DNA of 22,453 nucleotides from Allobaculum fili (lineage in GTDB: Bacteria; Bacillota_I; Bacilli_A; Erysipelotrichales; Erysipelotrichaceae), in NCBI RefSeq assembly GCF_020969955.1, contig NZ_JAHDSX010000040.1, forward strand, positions 1-22,453, in the 5' to 3' direction. The position numbers and the translations under genes are program-made. The notes under the pieces are model-generated. The model did no database searches, had not been told where the DNA came from, and was given only the letters and a program-made list of their open reading frames with translations. This document shows, piece after piece, positions 1-8,575 of this stretch (its first letter is position 1; each line of letters starts with the position of its first letter).

Positions 1-144
1 CGACACGATCCCATCTCCTGTAATTCTCCAGTCGAAATGTCCGGAGTTGAGAACCTTGTAGAACAGCCAGGTTCCCGTTCCGTCATAGTACAGGCACTTG
101 ATGCGGCCCTTTGAGCGATTGGTGAAGCTGAATTTTGATTCCAT
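1..144 (-). CDS. tnpB: IS66 Orf2 (TnpB)-like accessory protein; C-terminal part lies outside the window
   Basis: ATG at 144-142 with AGGAGG 9 nt upstream. Translation MESKFSFTNRSKGRIKCLYYDGTGTWLFYKVLNSGHFDWRITGDGIVS matches the remembered IS66 TnpB core (LFxFxxRRxDxxKxLxWDGxGxxLxxKRLExGxFxWP). Confidence 0.7.
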   Translation of the reverse strand, partial: MESKFSFTNRSKGRIKCLYYDGTGTWLFYKVLNSGHFDWRITGDGIVS

Positions 145-145
145 C

Positions 146-367
146 TTATTTTTCCTCCTGAATGACGACTTTGAAGAACGCCAGATCTGAAAGCTCTGGC
201 GCCTTTTTCTGTTCAAGCTTTTCTACCGATTCGACGCAATGAACCATGCGTCGAAAACGGGTATAGTCCAGATCTCGAGTCCGACAGAACTGTTTCATAG
301 TCAGTTCGGGATGAAGATAGAAATCTTCGAGAAGTGTTTCCCACTTCATAAGGGTTTCGAGTTGCAT
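146..367 (-). CDS. tnpA: IS66 Orf1 (TnpA)-like small helix-turn-helix protein
   Basis: 73-aa ORF with GGAGG 6 nt upstream of the ATG at 367. Its stop is 1 nt before the TnpB-like ATG (the coupled arrangement typical of IS66). It has an HTH-like segment, LTMKQFCRTRDLDYTRFRRM. Confidence 0.55.
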   Translation of the reverse strand: MQLETLMKWETLLEDFYLHPELTMKQFCRTRDLDYTRFRRMVHCVESVEKLEQKKAPELSDLAFFKVVIQEEK

Positions 368-447
368 AAAAAACCTCCGATTCAGAATAATTTTCCGAGA
401 TCGGAGGGGGTGGCGCTAGACGGGTTCTATTTGACGCTTACGCCGAA

Positions 448-1224
448 TCAGCCAAGGAGCGTATCAAGAATCATCATCAGTACAAAGCCGCCCGAAAAGT
501 AGAGCGTTGGCAGATTGGAATGTTCGCCCTGCACCATTTCCGGGATGAGTTCTTCCACTACCACATACAGCATCGCCCCAGCCGCAAAGCTTAAAAACCA
601 CGGAAGCAGCGGAACGATCCAGCTTTGCATGGCCAGAGTAAGCCCAGTGGCCAGCGGTTCGACAGCGCCGGAGAGCGTGCCAAACCAGAACGCCTTCCAG
701 CGCGAATAGCCGCTGCCGTGAAGCGGCATCGAAATGATCGCGCCTTCCGGAACGTTTTGGAGGGCAATGCCAAGGGACAGTGCCAGAACTGCGGAAAACG
801 AGATCAGATTCGTGTTCAGCATGCCAGCCAGCGTCGCTCCGACCGCCATGCCTTCCGGAATGTTATGCAGAGTGACCGCCAGAAACAGTTTCGTACGCTT
901 TTTCAGACTCGAATGCGGGCCTTCTTCTTCCAGCGATCCCGGATGAATGTGCGGCGTAATGGCATCGAGCACAAGCAGAAAAAGAATGCCCAGCAGAAAA
1001 CCGCCGGCAGCCGGCAAAAAGGCCATTCTGCCCATCGGTTCACTCTGTTCCATGGCCGGAATCAGCAATGACCATACTGAAGCGGCAGTCATTACTCCGG
1101 CCGCAATGCCGGAAAAGCAGCGATTTACCAGCTGTGAGAGCGGTTTGCGCACAAAGAAAACAAATGCTGATCCAGCAGCAGTTCCAAGCAGCGGAATAAA
1201 GGCTGCCAGCAGAATACTGTTCAT
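448..1224 (-). CDS. zupT: ZIP-family zinc/metal transporter (ZupT-like), 258 aa
   Basis: Polytopic membrane protein with ZIP motifs LHNIPEGMAVG and LQNVPEGAII. I chose the start MNSILLAAF (ATG 1224-1222) because GGAGGA lies 6-7 nt upstream. The 47-aa upstream extension in the track ORF has no SD and does not look like protein. Confidence 0.85.
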   Translation of the reverse strand: MNSILLAAFIPLLGTAAGSAFVFFVRKPLSQLVNRCFSGIAAGVMTAASVWSLLIPAMEQSEPMGRMAFLPAAGGFLLGILFLLVLDAITPHIHPGSLEEEGPHSSLKKRTKLFLAVTLHNIPEGMAVGATLAGMLNTNLISFSAVLALSLGIALQNVPEGAIISMPLHGSGYSRWKAFWFGTLSGAVEPLATGLTLAMQSWIVPLLPWFLSFAAGAMLYVVVEELIPEMVQGEHSNLPTLYFSGGFVLMMILDTLLG

Positions 1225-1506
1225 TGCAGATCCTCCATTTATTACTGAAGCCGGTTCTCCACAAAACCGGCTAAAAAAGAAAAGCGGCTCCGGCAGAAAA
1301 ACTGCTTTCAGTCTATCAGCGAAAGGACATTTTACCGACGGATATGAACGGCTCGTATAATACATTTGCCTGTCGAATGGCAGACTATTGATGAGAAAAA
1401 CTTCAGAATATGTTTAGACGGACATTATCGAAAGACGCCATGATGGATGATAAGCTCAATTCATGAGAAATGGAATTTAAAATAAATTCCAGCAAGGAGA
1501 ATCCCT

Positions 1507-2037
1507 GTGAAAACAATCCATCCTGCTCCACTGCCCCGCTCTTCTTCCCTGCGGCTTTACAATCTCATTTTCCCTCTGTTTTTCTTCTTTGTAGTTCCAA
1601 TCACCTGGATCTGGCCGCTGTTCATTTTCGGCAATCTGGCAATCGACTGCGCCGTTCTCCGCTTCTGTCTTAAGCGCTTCAATCCTCGAAACTGGAAGCA
1701 GGGCTTTAAAAAGACCTGGTGGAAGGTCTGGCTGCTTGGGTATCTGGGGGACGTTCTGGGCTGCGTGATTCTGTTTGCGATTGGTTTTATTCCCTATTCC
1801 GAAACCCTCTATCCCATCGAAATGGCGGTATACTACAACCCCTGGTCCCATCCGGTTGGACTGCTTCTGGTCTGCCTGACGATTATCCTGGCAGGATTTG
1901 CGCTCTATTTTCTCGATTCCCGCCTGGCTCTTCGAAAGAGCGGGCTTTCCGTCAAAGGCAGACGGAAAGCAGCTTTGATCATCTCCATAGCGACCGCACC
2001 TTATGTGCTGCTGATTCCGACGTCTCTTTTCTTCTGA
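1507..2037 (+). CDS. hypothetical integral membrane protein (about 4 TM helices), 176 aa
   Basis: GTG start with AAGGAGA 7 nt upstream. Hydrophobic segments alternate with W/K-rich loops. A terminator follows. I recognise no family. Confidence 0.6.
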   Translation: MKTIHPAPLPRSSSLRLYNLIFPLFFFFVVPITWIWPLFIFGNLAIDCAVLRFCLKRFNPRNWKQGFKKTWWKVWLLGYLGDVLGCVILFAIGFIPYSETLYPIEMAVYYNPWSHPVGLLLVCLTIILAGFALYFLDSRLALRKSGLSVKGRRKAALIISIATAPYVLLIPTSLFF

Positions 2038-2067
2038 TCAGTCAGCCGGCTTATCACTCAGTTTTTT

Positions 2068-2104
2068 GCAGATTTCCGCCTGTGAAATCTGCATTTTAAT
2101 TTTT
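2068..2104 (+). terminator. rho-independent terminator of the membrane-protein gene
   Basis: GCAGATTTC-cgcctgt-GAAATCTGC followed by ATTTTAATTTTT. Confidence 0.7.
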
Positions 2105-2108
2105 CCCA

Positions 2109-2136
2109 TTTAAAAGGCAGACCGCCGGGGTCTGCC
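2109..2136 (-). terminator. rho-independent terminator of the IMPDH-family gene
   Basis: On the minus strand GGCAGACC-ccggc-GGTCTGCC is followed by TTTTAAAT, 25 nt after the stop at 2162. Confidence 0.7.
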
Positions 2137-2161
2137 TGTCCAGTTAACAAAATGATTGGAA

Positions 2162-3676
2162 TTACATCTGCCCGGCGTCGACTTTATCATCGCGGACGAG
2201 TACGTCATGGGCACCGCCCTCAGAAATCGATACAGCCGAAACCAGGGTAACTTTCGCGTTTTTCTGGAAATCCGGGATGTTGGTAAAGCCGCAGTTGCAC
2301 ATGGTGTGCTTGATCTTGGAAATCGTCAGACCGACGTTGTCCGCCAGTGCGCCGGCATATGGTACGTAGGAGTCAACGCCTTCGACAAAGGACATCTTGC
2401 CTTCGCCGCCGACATCATAGCGCTGCCAGTTGCGGGCACGGGCACTTCCTTCGCCCCAGTACTCCTTCATGTAGTTTCCGTTTACGCTTACTACTTTGTT
2501 CGGCGCTTCCTTGAAACGGGCAAAGTAGCGGCCCAGCATAACGAAGTCTGCACCAAAGGCAAGGGCGAGCGTCATGTGGTAGTCCTGAACGATACCGCCA
2601 TCGGAACAGATTGGAACGTAGATTCCAGTGTTTTCGAAATATTCATCCCGCGCTTTGGCGACTTCGATTGTCGCGGTCGCCTGCCCGCGGCCGATGCCTT
2701 TCTGCTCGCGGGTGATGCAGATGGAACCGCCGCCGATACCGATTTTAACGAAGTCCGCACCGGCTTCAGCCAGAAAGCGGAATCCGTCGCCGTCAACAAC
2801 GTTGCCGGCACCGACTTTAACGGTGTCGCCGTATTTTTCGCGAATCCATTTGATCGTATCGGCCTGCCAGCAGGAATAGCCTTCGGAAGAGTCAATAACG
2901 AGGATGTCCGCACCGGCTTCTACAAGAGCAGGAACGCGGTCCTTGTAGTCGCGGGAGTTGATGCCTGCACCAACGAGGTAGCGTTTGTGCTCATCCAGAA
3001 CTTCGTTTGGGTTTTCCTTGTGCTGTTCGTAGTCCTTACGGAAAACGAACGCTTTCAGGCGACGATCCTTGTCTACGATCGGCAGCTGGTTCAGTTTCTT
3101 GTCCCAGATGATGTCGTTCGCTTCGCCAAGCGTGAGACCTTCATCGCCGACGATCAGCTTGTCATAGGGCGTCATGACATCCTTGACTTTCGTGTTGTCG
3201 AGATCTACGCGGGTTTCGCGGAAATCACGGGAAGTCAGAATGCCGACGAGAACGCCGTCTTTTTTGCCGTTTTCCGTAACGGCCATTGTGGAATGTCCGG
3301 TCTGCTGACGGATCTGGATTACTTTGCGCAGCGTATCATCAGGAGAAACGTTCGCATCGCTGCCGGTAAATCCAGCTTTGGTGGCCTTGACCTGACGAAT
3401 CATCGCAGCCTGACTTTCAATCGGCTGAGAACCGAAAATAAAGGCGACACCGCCCTCGCGAGCCAGAGCGACCGCAAGATCCGGTCCGGACACCGCCTGC
3501 ATGACCGCACTGGTCAGCGGGATGTTCAGGGAAAGCGCCGGCTTTTCCCCTTTTTTAAATTTCACCAGCGGCGTTTTCAGGCTGACTTTATCCGGGGTAT
3601 CTTCTGGTCCGGTATAGCCTGGAACGAGAAGGTATTCCGCAAAAGTGCGGGAAGGTTCGCTGAAAAATTTTGCCAT
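2162..3676 (-). CDS. IMP dehydrogenase family protein (GuaB-like with a CBS pair), 504 aa
   Basis: Start [22 protein letters not shown] (ATG 3676-3674) with AGGAGGAA 4-5 nt upstream. TIM-barrel IMPDH motifs are present, including the catalytic-Cys loop [20 protein letters not shown] and SDGGI. There is a CBS-like insert (GILTSRDF ... LPIVDKD). The active-site loop differs from the canonical GuaB loop GIGPGSICTTR, so this may be the paralogous about 500-aa IMPDH type. Confidence 0.88.
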   Translation of the reverse strand: MAKFFSEPSRTFAEYLLVPGYTGPEDTPDKVSLKTPLVKFKKGEKPALSLNIPLTSAVMQAVSGPDLAVALAREGGVAFIFGSQPIESQAAMIRQVKATKAGFTGSDANVSPDDTLRKVIQIRQQTGHSTMAVTENGKKDGVLVGILTSRDFRETRVDLDNTKVKDVMTPYDKLIVGDEGLTLGEANDIIWDKKLNQLPIVDKDRRLKAFVFRKDYEQHKENPNEVLDEHKRYLVGAGINSRDYKDRVPALVEAGADILVIDSSEGYSCWQADTIKWIREKYGDTVKVGAGNVVDGDGFRFLAEAGADFVKIGIGGGSICITREQKGIGRGQATATIEVAKARDEYFENTGIYVPICSDGGIVQDYHMTLALAFGADFVMLGRYFARFKEAPNKVVSVNGNYMKEYWGEGSARARNWQRYDVGGEGKMSFVEGVDSYVPYAGALADNVGLTISKIKHTMCNCGFTNIPDFQKNAKVTLVSAVSISEGGAHDVLVRDDKVDAGQM

Positions 3677-3753
3677 ATTGTTCCTCCTGTATGCATGCAA
3701 TTCGAATGGGATTTCTGTCTGCTGGCCGACTTCGGCCAAATCTCATTTTCTCT

Positions 3754-3781
3754 ATTTTATGCGGATGCGCCGTCCTGTCAA
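3754..3781 (-). promoter_or_regulatory. sigma70-type promoter of the IMPDH-family gene
   Basis: The minus strand reads TTGACA-16 nt-TAAAAT (-35 at 3781-3776, -10 at 3759-3754). This gives an about 70-nt leader containing the hairpin TGGCCG-aagt-CGGCCA. Confidence 0.5.
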
Positions 3782-3808
3782 AAAGCAGAGGCCAAACCTC
3801 TGCTTTTT
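3780..3808 (-). terminator. rho-independent (bidirectional-looking) terminator downstream of pulA
   Basis: AAAAA-GCAGAGG-ccaaa-CCTCTGC-TTTTT. There is a U-tract on either strand. It lies about 140 nt after the pulA stop. Confidence 0.65.
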
Positions 3809-3945
3809 GACAAATTTTTCAATTTAAGAAACAAAATGAAATGCCCTTTCGCTCCTGAAAAGGACTGAAAATGGAAAGCTTTCGGGCATTATTCCGGTTT
3901 TTGGCCCGACTTTCGCCCGTTTCCACTCGATTGGATCCGGCCGTC

Positions 3946-6105
3946 TTATGCAGCTTTGGACACGGAAGCTTCAGCTTCTTCAGCCGTCTGCGGCTTTTCA
4001 AACGTCTCTTCGAGAACGACGACAGTGCCGATCGGTCCAATCTGAATATGACGGGCCTGTTTCTCGTTCAGATGGTTCACATCGTAGAGAACTTCCCCTT
4101 CCTTCGTCAGATCGTAATGGAACGTCTCATGCGTCGGGTTAAAGAACAGAATCATTTTCTCGTTTTCATCCTGCGTCTGATACACGAGCACTTTCGAATC
4201 GAGATCGGATACATGAACGTTATGCATAATCGCTTCGCTACTCGTCAGACGCAGCGAAGAATGTTCGCGCCGGATTTTAACGAGTTCCTTGAATTGATCG
4301 ACCATCGGCTCCATCGTATCGCGGCGATGGTAGTCGATCATGTTGTAATGATCGGAACGATTGTACGTGTTGTCGAGATTGTTTTTGGTCCGGCCGAATT
4401 CCTGGCCGGAATGAATGAACGGAATGCCCTGCGCAAACAGAACCATCGCGTTCGCCAGAACCTGACGGCGTATGCGTTCGCTGCGCGGCATGCCTTCGCA
4501 TGCCTTGCGGTTTTTATCCCAGAGGGTATGGTTGTCGTGGCATTCGATGTAGTTGACCGCTTTAAACGGCGCATCGTATCGGCCTTCGAGAACCGATGCG
4601 CACATGACCTGCTTGGCATCATGCAGAAGGCCGAGGTTGCCTGCCGGATAGCCGGCGTCGCTGATCTGACCCGACGAGCCGCGAATGACTTCGCGGAAGC
4701 GGTCCGAAAAATGACCGACCAGCGGCATTTTGGCCTGATTGTTCTGGGAAGCCCGGATATCGTGCGGTACAAAGCTTGGCATGTCCCAGCCTTCCCCGTA
4801 AATCATGAAATCCGGTTTGCGCTTTTTCGCTTCTTCGGCAATCGTGTTGAGCAGCGAGCAGTCCAGTACGCCCATCAGATCGAAGCGGAAGCCGTCGACA
4901 TCGAAGACGTCAATCAGCTGCATGGCCGCATCGATCAGGTAGCGCCGGCTCATTTCCGGACGGGAATCGATATCGTTTCCGCAGTACGATCCGTTGGAAT
5001 AATTGCCTAAGGAGTCCATCAGGAAGAAGTAATCCGGAACCATGTTTTCCAGCGCGTAGCCGTCACGGTTCCATACGTGGTTGAATACGAGATCGAGCGT
5101 GACTTTAATGCCCGCTTCATGAAGCTTCTGTACCATCTGGGCGAATTCAAGAATGCGGCGTTCCGGATCGAACGGATCGGTCGAATACGAGCCTTCCAGC
5201 GCGCGGTAGTTCGCAGGATCGTAGCCCCAGTTGTAATAGAGCGACGGATACTCTTCGTCGACGCTGCCAAAATCCAGAACCGGCATCAGCTGTACGTGGG
5301 TAATGCCCAGTTCCCGAATATACGAAAGGCCTGTACGTTTCTGTCTGGTTGTGGCGTTTTCCTGTACAAACGCCGGGAAGGTTTTCGGATTTTCAACGCC
5401 GATTTCCTTCTGGGCGGTCATATCCCGAATGGAACATTCGTAAATGATCGCATCGGTCTGGTGCGCCATCGGCTTTGGTTTGAAGCGTTCAGGCATTTTC
5501 AGCAAGGAGAGATCGTTGACCTGCGAGCAGCTCGTATTGACGCCGGTAAAAAGATTGTACGGATCGTGGCATTCACGAATGCTGCCGTTGACGTTCATGC
5601 GATAGCGGTAAAGCTTATGCAGCAGATCGCCTTCGACGCAAACGGTCCAGCAGCCTTCTTCATCCCGTTCCATCGGGACAGCCTGCCGGTTTCCTTCTTC
5701 ATCGAGTAAAACAAGTTCCGCCCAGCTGACGACGGGAGACCAGAAACGGAAAATCGTCTGCTCAGGCGTGTAGTGACAGCCAAGCGTATTCAGATCGACG
5801 GCCGGCCAGGCGTTCGCAAATTCCGGCGTCTTAACAATATGGCTGTATTTGGCCGGTGCGGTCCGGCAGTGTCCGGAATACAGAACGTAGTCCCGTCCGA
5901 TTTCCAGCGGGGCATCCACCGTACACGTATACCGAATGTGGGTAATATTATCTGTCTTTTCCTGTATGGTCAGAGGAACAATTTCACCGTGTTCATCTTT
6001 CAGATGAAAGGTCTGACTGTTTCCCTGATAAAAATTCTTGTCTATATAAACATGGACGCAGTTATATCCATCGATATAGCATTCCAGGTTATCCTTCATT
6101 CTCAT
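3946..6105 (-). CDS. pulA: type I pullulanase (GH13), no signal peptide
   Basis: GH13 and pullulanase motifs are present: YNWGYDP, LDLVFNHV (region I), GFRFDLMG (II), YGEGWD (III) and YIECHDNHTLWD (IV). The N-terminus is MPMRMKD. The ATG at 6111 abuts AAGGAG directly, so I prefer the ATG at 6105 (6-nt spacer). 6111 and 6099 remain possible. Confidence 0.9.
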   Translation of the reverse strand: MRMKDNLECYIDGYNCVHVYIDKNFYQGNSQTFHLKDEHGEIVPLTIQEKTDNITHIRYTCTVDAPLEIGRDYVLYSGHCRTAPAKYSHIVKTPEFANAWPAVDLNTLGCHYTPEQTIFRFWSPVVSWAELVLLDEEGNRQAVPMERDEEGCWTVCVEGDLLHKLYRYRMNVNGSIRECHDPYNLFTGVNTSCSQVNDLSLLKMPERFKPKPMAHQTDAIIYECSIRDMTAQKEIGVENPKTFPAFVQENATTRQKRTGLSYIRELGITHVQLMPVLDFGSVDEEYPSLYYNWGYDPANYRALEGSYSTDPFDPERRILEFAQMVQKLHEAGIKVTLDLVFNHVWNRDGYALENMVPDYFFLMDSLGNYSNGSYCGNDIDSRPEMSRRYLIDAAMQLIDVFDVDGFRFDLMGVLDCSLLNTIAEEAKKRKPDFMIYGEGWDMPSFVPHDIRASQNNQAKMPLVGHFSDRFREVIRGSSGQISDAGYPAGNLGLLHDAKQVMCASVLEGRYDAPFKAVNYIECHDNHTLWDKNRKACEGMPRSERIRRQVLANAMVLFAQGIPFIHSGQEFGRTKNNLDNTYNRSDHYNMIDYHRRDTMEPMVDQFKELVKIRREHSSLRLTSSEAIMHNVHVSDLDSKVLVYQTQDENEKMILFFNPTHETFHYDLTKEGEVLYDVNHLNEKQARHIQIGPIGTVVVLEETFEKPQTAEEAEASVSKAA

Positions 6106-6932
6106 AGGCATCTCCTTGCCTGTGTCACAACCCTCAGAACCGCAGAGCGGCAGAGGCTAAACGGGCTGAATTTTGTCGTTTTCAACAAAATGAAATTCAA
6201 TGACTGATCATACAAGCATTGATTCCGGAAGACAAGAAGATCGATTTTCTTTTCCGCTTCTTCCCGCTTTGAACGAGAACTTATATCAATACGTAGTATT
6301 ACCAAAGAAACATCGGACGTAAACACGATATTCCAAGTTAAAAATAATGCGATTGACCCGGAATTACTTTACAGAAATCACAGATCAGTTTGTACATTTC
6401 AAACCAGGTCTTCATATGCTTTGTTAAAAATGGTCCTCAACCGACGTTTCGTACGCGCTTTCCCATCAGAATGGGATCCAGTATTTTCGAGCTGGAGTGT
6501 TCCAGACTGTCGATGGCGAGGCTTTCCTCTTCTGATCCTACCGATTTGAAGAAAAGATGTACTCCAGACACCCGTTTTTGCGCTATTAAGACATCCTCCT
6601 GCTGTCCAGCAGCGCGCTGTTTTCAAAGAAATCCTGATTTTTCTATCCAGTCTCTCCTTCTCGCTGCCGGCATTCACGAGAGCGTACGCAAACACTCTTT
6701 TCTTCATTTTGCGCGCCAAAGTACGCAAGAAAGCGCCGGCGAAATTCAGGAACGTCTGGAAAAGCAGGACGAAACGATTTCGTATGGATAAAATGACAGG
6801 GATAAGAGCCTGTCGAAAACGAGGGGCTCGCCCGATGCCCCTGCGCAGTCTGGAAAAATTCCCTTTCCAGGGCAGGTCTCCGGTACAGATTTCATACATA
6901 AGCAAAAAAGAAGAAAGAGAAAAGGAGAACTC

Positions 6933-8300
6933 ATGGAATACAGAATCGAACACGACGTTTTAGGCGAAGTCAAAGTTCCGGCGGATGCGTGCTGGATGTC
7001 CCAGACGCAGCGCTCGCTGGAAAACTTTAAAATCGGCACCGAAAAGATGCCGACTGAACTCATTGACGCCTTTGCGTATTTGAAAATGGCCTGCGCCATT
7101 GTCAATGAACGCAATCACAAAATCGATCCGGCGCAAAAAGAAGCCATCGTCGAAGTGTGTCAGGCCATTCTGAACAAAAAGCTGACCGGCGAATTTCCGC
7201 TGGCCGTCTGGCAGACCGGGTCGGGGACGCAGACCAACATGAACGTGAACGAAGTCATCGCACATGTCGGCATGAAAAATCATCCCGGACTCTCTCTTCA
7301 TCCAAACGATACAGTCAACGCGTCCCAGTCTTCCAACGATACGTTCCCGAGTGCCCTGCACATAATGGCTTCGTCCATGACGCGAAAGCTGCTTCTTCCT
7401 GCAATCGATGAATGCGTGGACGTTCTGAAACGCCTGGAAGAAGAAAACGCAGGCATTATCAAAATTGGACGGACGCACCTGCAGGATGCGACCCCGCTGT
7501 ACGTTTCGAATGAAATCAGCGGCTGGCGGTCCATGCTGGAACATTCCCGCCGTCATATCGAAGCGGTTCTTCCCTTCGTCAACGAACTCGCCATCGGGGC
7601 GACCGCGGTCGGCACCGGACTCAATGCGCCGCAAACCTTTGGCGCAGATGTCTGTGCGATTCTCGATTCCATGACCGGCATTCACTTCAAACCGGATCCC
7701 AACTATTTCCACGCCCTTACGTCCAAGGACGCCTGTTCCCTGCTTTCCGGCGCCGTCAAAGGGCTGGCGGCCAACATGATGAAAATCGTCAACGACGTCC
7801 GCTTCCTGGCCAGCGGTCCGCGCTGCGGAATTGGCGAACTGGAAATTCCAGCCAATGAACCTGGTTCTTCCATCATGCCGGGCAAAGTCAACCCGACCCA
7901 GTGCGAAGCCGTCACCATGGTGGCCGTACAGGTCATGGGCAACGATGCCGCTATCGGCTTTGCGGCCAGTCAGGGCAATTTCGAACTGAACGTCTTCATG
8001 CCCGTCATTGCCTACAACCTCAACCAGTCCATCCGCCTTCTGGCCGATGCGATCGTCTCGTTTACTCGCAACTGCCTGGAAGGACTCAAAGTCAACCGGC
8101 AGAAAACCGAGGAAAACCTCGAAAACTCGCTGATGCTCGTGACGTGCCTGAATCCGGTCATCGGCTACGAAAACGCAGGCAAGGCCGCCCGATATGCTTT
8201 CGAAAACAATCTGACGCTCAAGGAAGCGGTGCTGAAACTGGGCCTTCTCGATGAAGCCGCCTTTGACGAACTCGTTCGTCCGGAAAAAATGGTGCGCTAA
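6933..8300 (+). CDS. fumC: class II fumarate hydratase
   Basis: MEYRIEHDVLGEVKVPAD..., WQTGSGTQTNMNVNEV, SQSSNDTFP and GSSIMPGKVNPTQCEA. The TGSGTQ/NMN pattern favours fumarase over aspartase. AAGGAGA lies 5 nt upstream. Confidence 0.92.
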   Translation: MEYRIEHDVLGEVKVPADACWMSQTQRSLENFKIGTEKMPTELIDAFAYLKMACAIVNERNHKIDPAQKEAIVEVCQAILNKKLTGEFPLAVWQTGSGTQTNMNVNEVIAHVGMKNHPGLSLHPNDTVNASQSSNDTFPSALHIMASSMTRKLLLPAIDECVDVLKRLEEENAGIIKIGRTHLQDATPLYVSNEISGWRSMLEHSRRHIEAVLPFVNELAIGATAVGTGLNAPQTFGADVCAILDSMTGIHFKPDPNYFHALTSKDACSLLSGAVKGLAANMMKIVNDVRFLASGPRCGIGELEIPANEPGSSIMPGKVNPTQCEAVTMVAVQVMGNDAAIGFAASQGNFELNVFMPVIAYNLNQSIRLLADAIVSFTRNCLEGLKVNRQKTEENLENSLMLVTCLNPVIGYENAGKAARYAFENNLTLKEAVLKLGLLDEAAFDELVRPEKMVR

Positions 8301-8514
8301 ACCATCCGATTTTCGACGCGGCTGCCCCATCTTCCAGCCCCTCAAAAATCCAAAGGATATTCGATCCTCCAGAACGTCTTCAGCTCTGGCTTTCAGAAAT
8401 AAGATCAGGTATCCAGTATGAATCGACTGTTTGTCGGAAAGCGCTGAACGATTCAAATGGCGGGAAATGCACGAATTCGATGATAAGCTTCGTGCAAAAT
8501 CAAATCTTCAGAAA

Positions 8515-8555
8515 AACGCCGGACGCAAGGCCATCAGGCCGCCGCGTCCGGCGTT
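8515..8555 (-). terminator. terminator of the padR operon (it may also stop fumC read-through)
   Basis: 12-bp stem AACGCCGGACGC ... GCGTCCGGCGTT. It is followed by TTTCTGAAG on the minus strand and has a weaker T-tract on the plus strand. Confidence 0.7.
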
Positions 8556-8575
8556 TCTCGTTATATTCGATTCAG

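Larger units (their letters stand above)
1..441 (-). mobile_element. IS66-family insertion sequence, one terminus only (element continues past the left window edge)
   Basis: Two small ORFs lie in IS66 order (orf1 then orf2/TnpB-like). Read on the minus strand from 441, the terminus is GTAAGCGTCAAATAGAACCCG; IS66-family inverted repeats typically begin GTAAGCG. There are 74 nt between this end and the orf1 start. Confidence 0.7.

Noticed and set aside
448-1365. N-terminal extensions of track ORFs (448-1365, 2162-3739, 9117-9503, 16479-17465, 17525-18094, 11833 GTG)
   Set aside because: In each case an internal start has a good SD at proper spacing and matches the usual family N-terminus. The extensions cross promoters or terminators.
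1225-1506. Zur/Fur-type operator or metal riboswitch in the zupT leader
   Set aside because: I recognised no TCGTAAT-N-ATTACGA-like Zur box or known riboswitch core. The only notable element is the hairpin AGCCGGTT-ctccacaa-AACCGGCT (1249-1272) next to the SD, which is not enough to call.
2156-3868. 570-aa plus-strand ORF covering the whole IMPDH-family locus
   Set aside because: It is fully antisense to a gene with unmistakable IMPDH motifs. Its product is V/A/F/R/G-rich with no SD or motifs. This is a shadow ORF caused by the sense strand avoiding TTA/CTA/TCA codons.
3871-5010. Further long antisense ORFs: 3871-5010 and 5077-5709 (+) versus pulA; 12058-13152 (-) versus ppk1; 14292-15143 (-) versus the DUF4317-like gene; 15472-16416 (+) versus AIM24; 17396-18160 (+) versus flavodoxin; 18499-19335 (+) versus proA
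   Set aside because: Each lies entirely opposite a gene with clear family motifs. That nine such ORFs occur in one window points to a codon-usage artefact rather than overlapping genes. Only Ribo-seq could overturn this.
6173-6188. LacI/CcpA-type operator upstream of pulA (TTGTCGTTTTCAACAA)
   Set aside because: It is an imperfect palindrome (5/6 per half-site) and a poor fit to the cre consensus TGWAANCGNTNWCA. It could arise by chance.
6399-6953. 184-aa (-) and 133-aa (+, 6390-6791) ORFs in the pulA-fumC gap, considered as real genes
   Set aside because: They overlap each other, have no SD, and have R/C/S-rich low-complexity composition. The 184-aa ORF would start inside the fumC coding region. 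I kept the region as an unexplained gap instead.
6960-8456. 498-aa minus-strand ORF antisense to fumC
   Set aside because: fumC on the plus strand has the complete class II fumarase signature set. The antisense product has no recognisable features and would have to begin inside the fumC downstream spacer.
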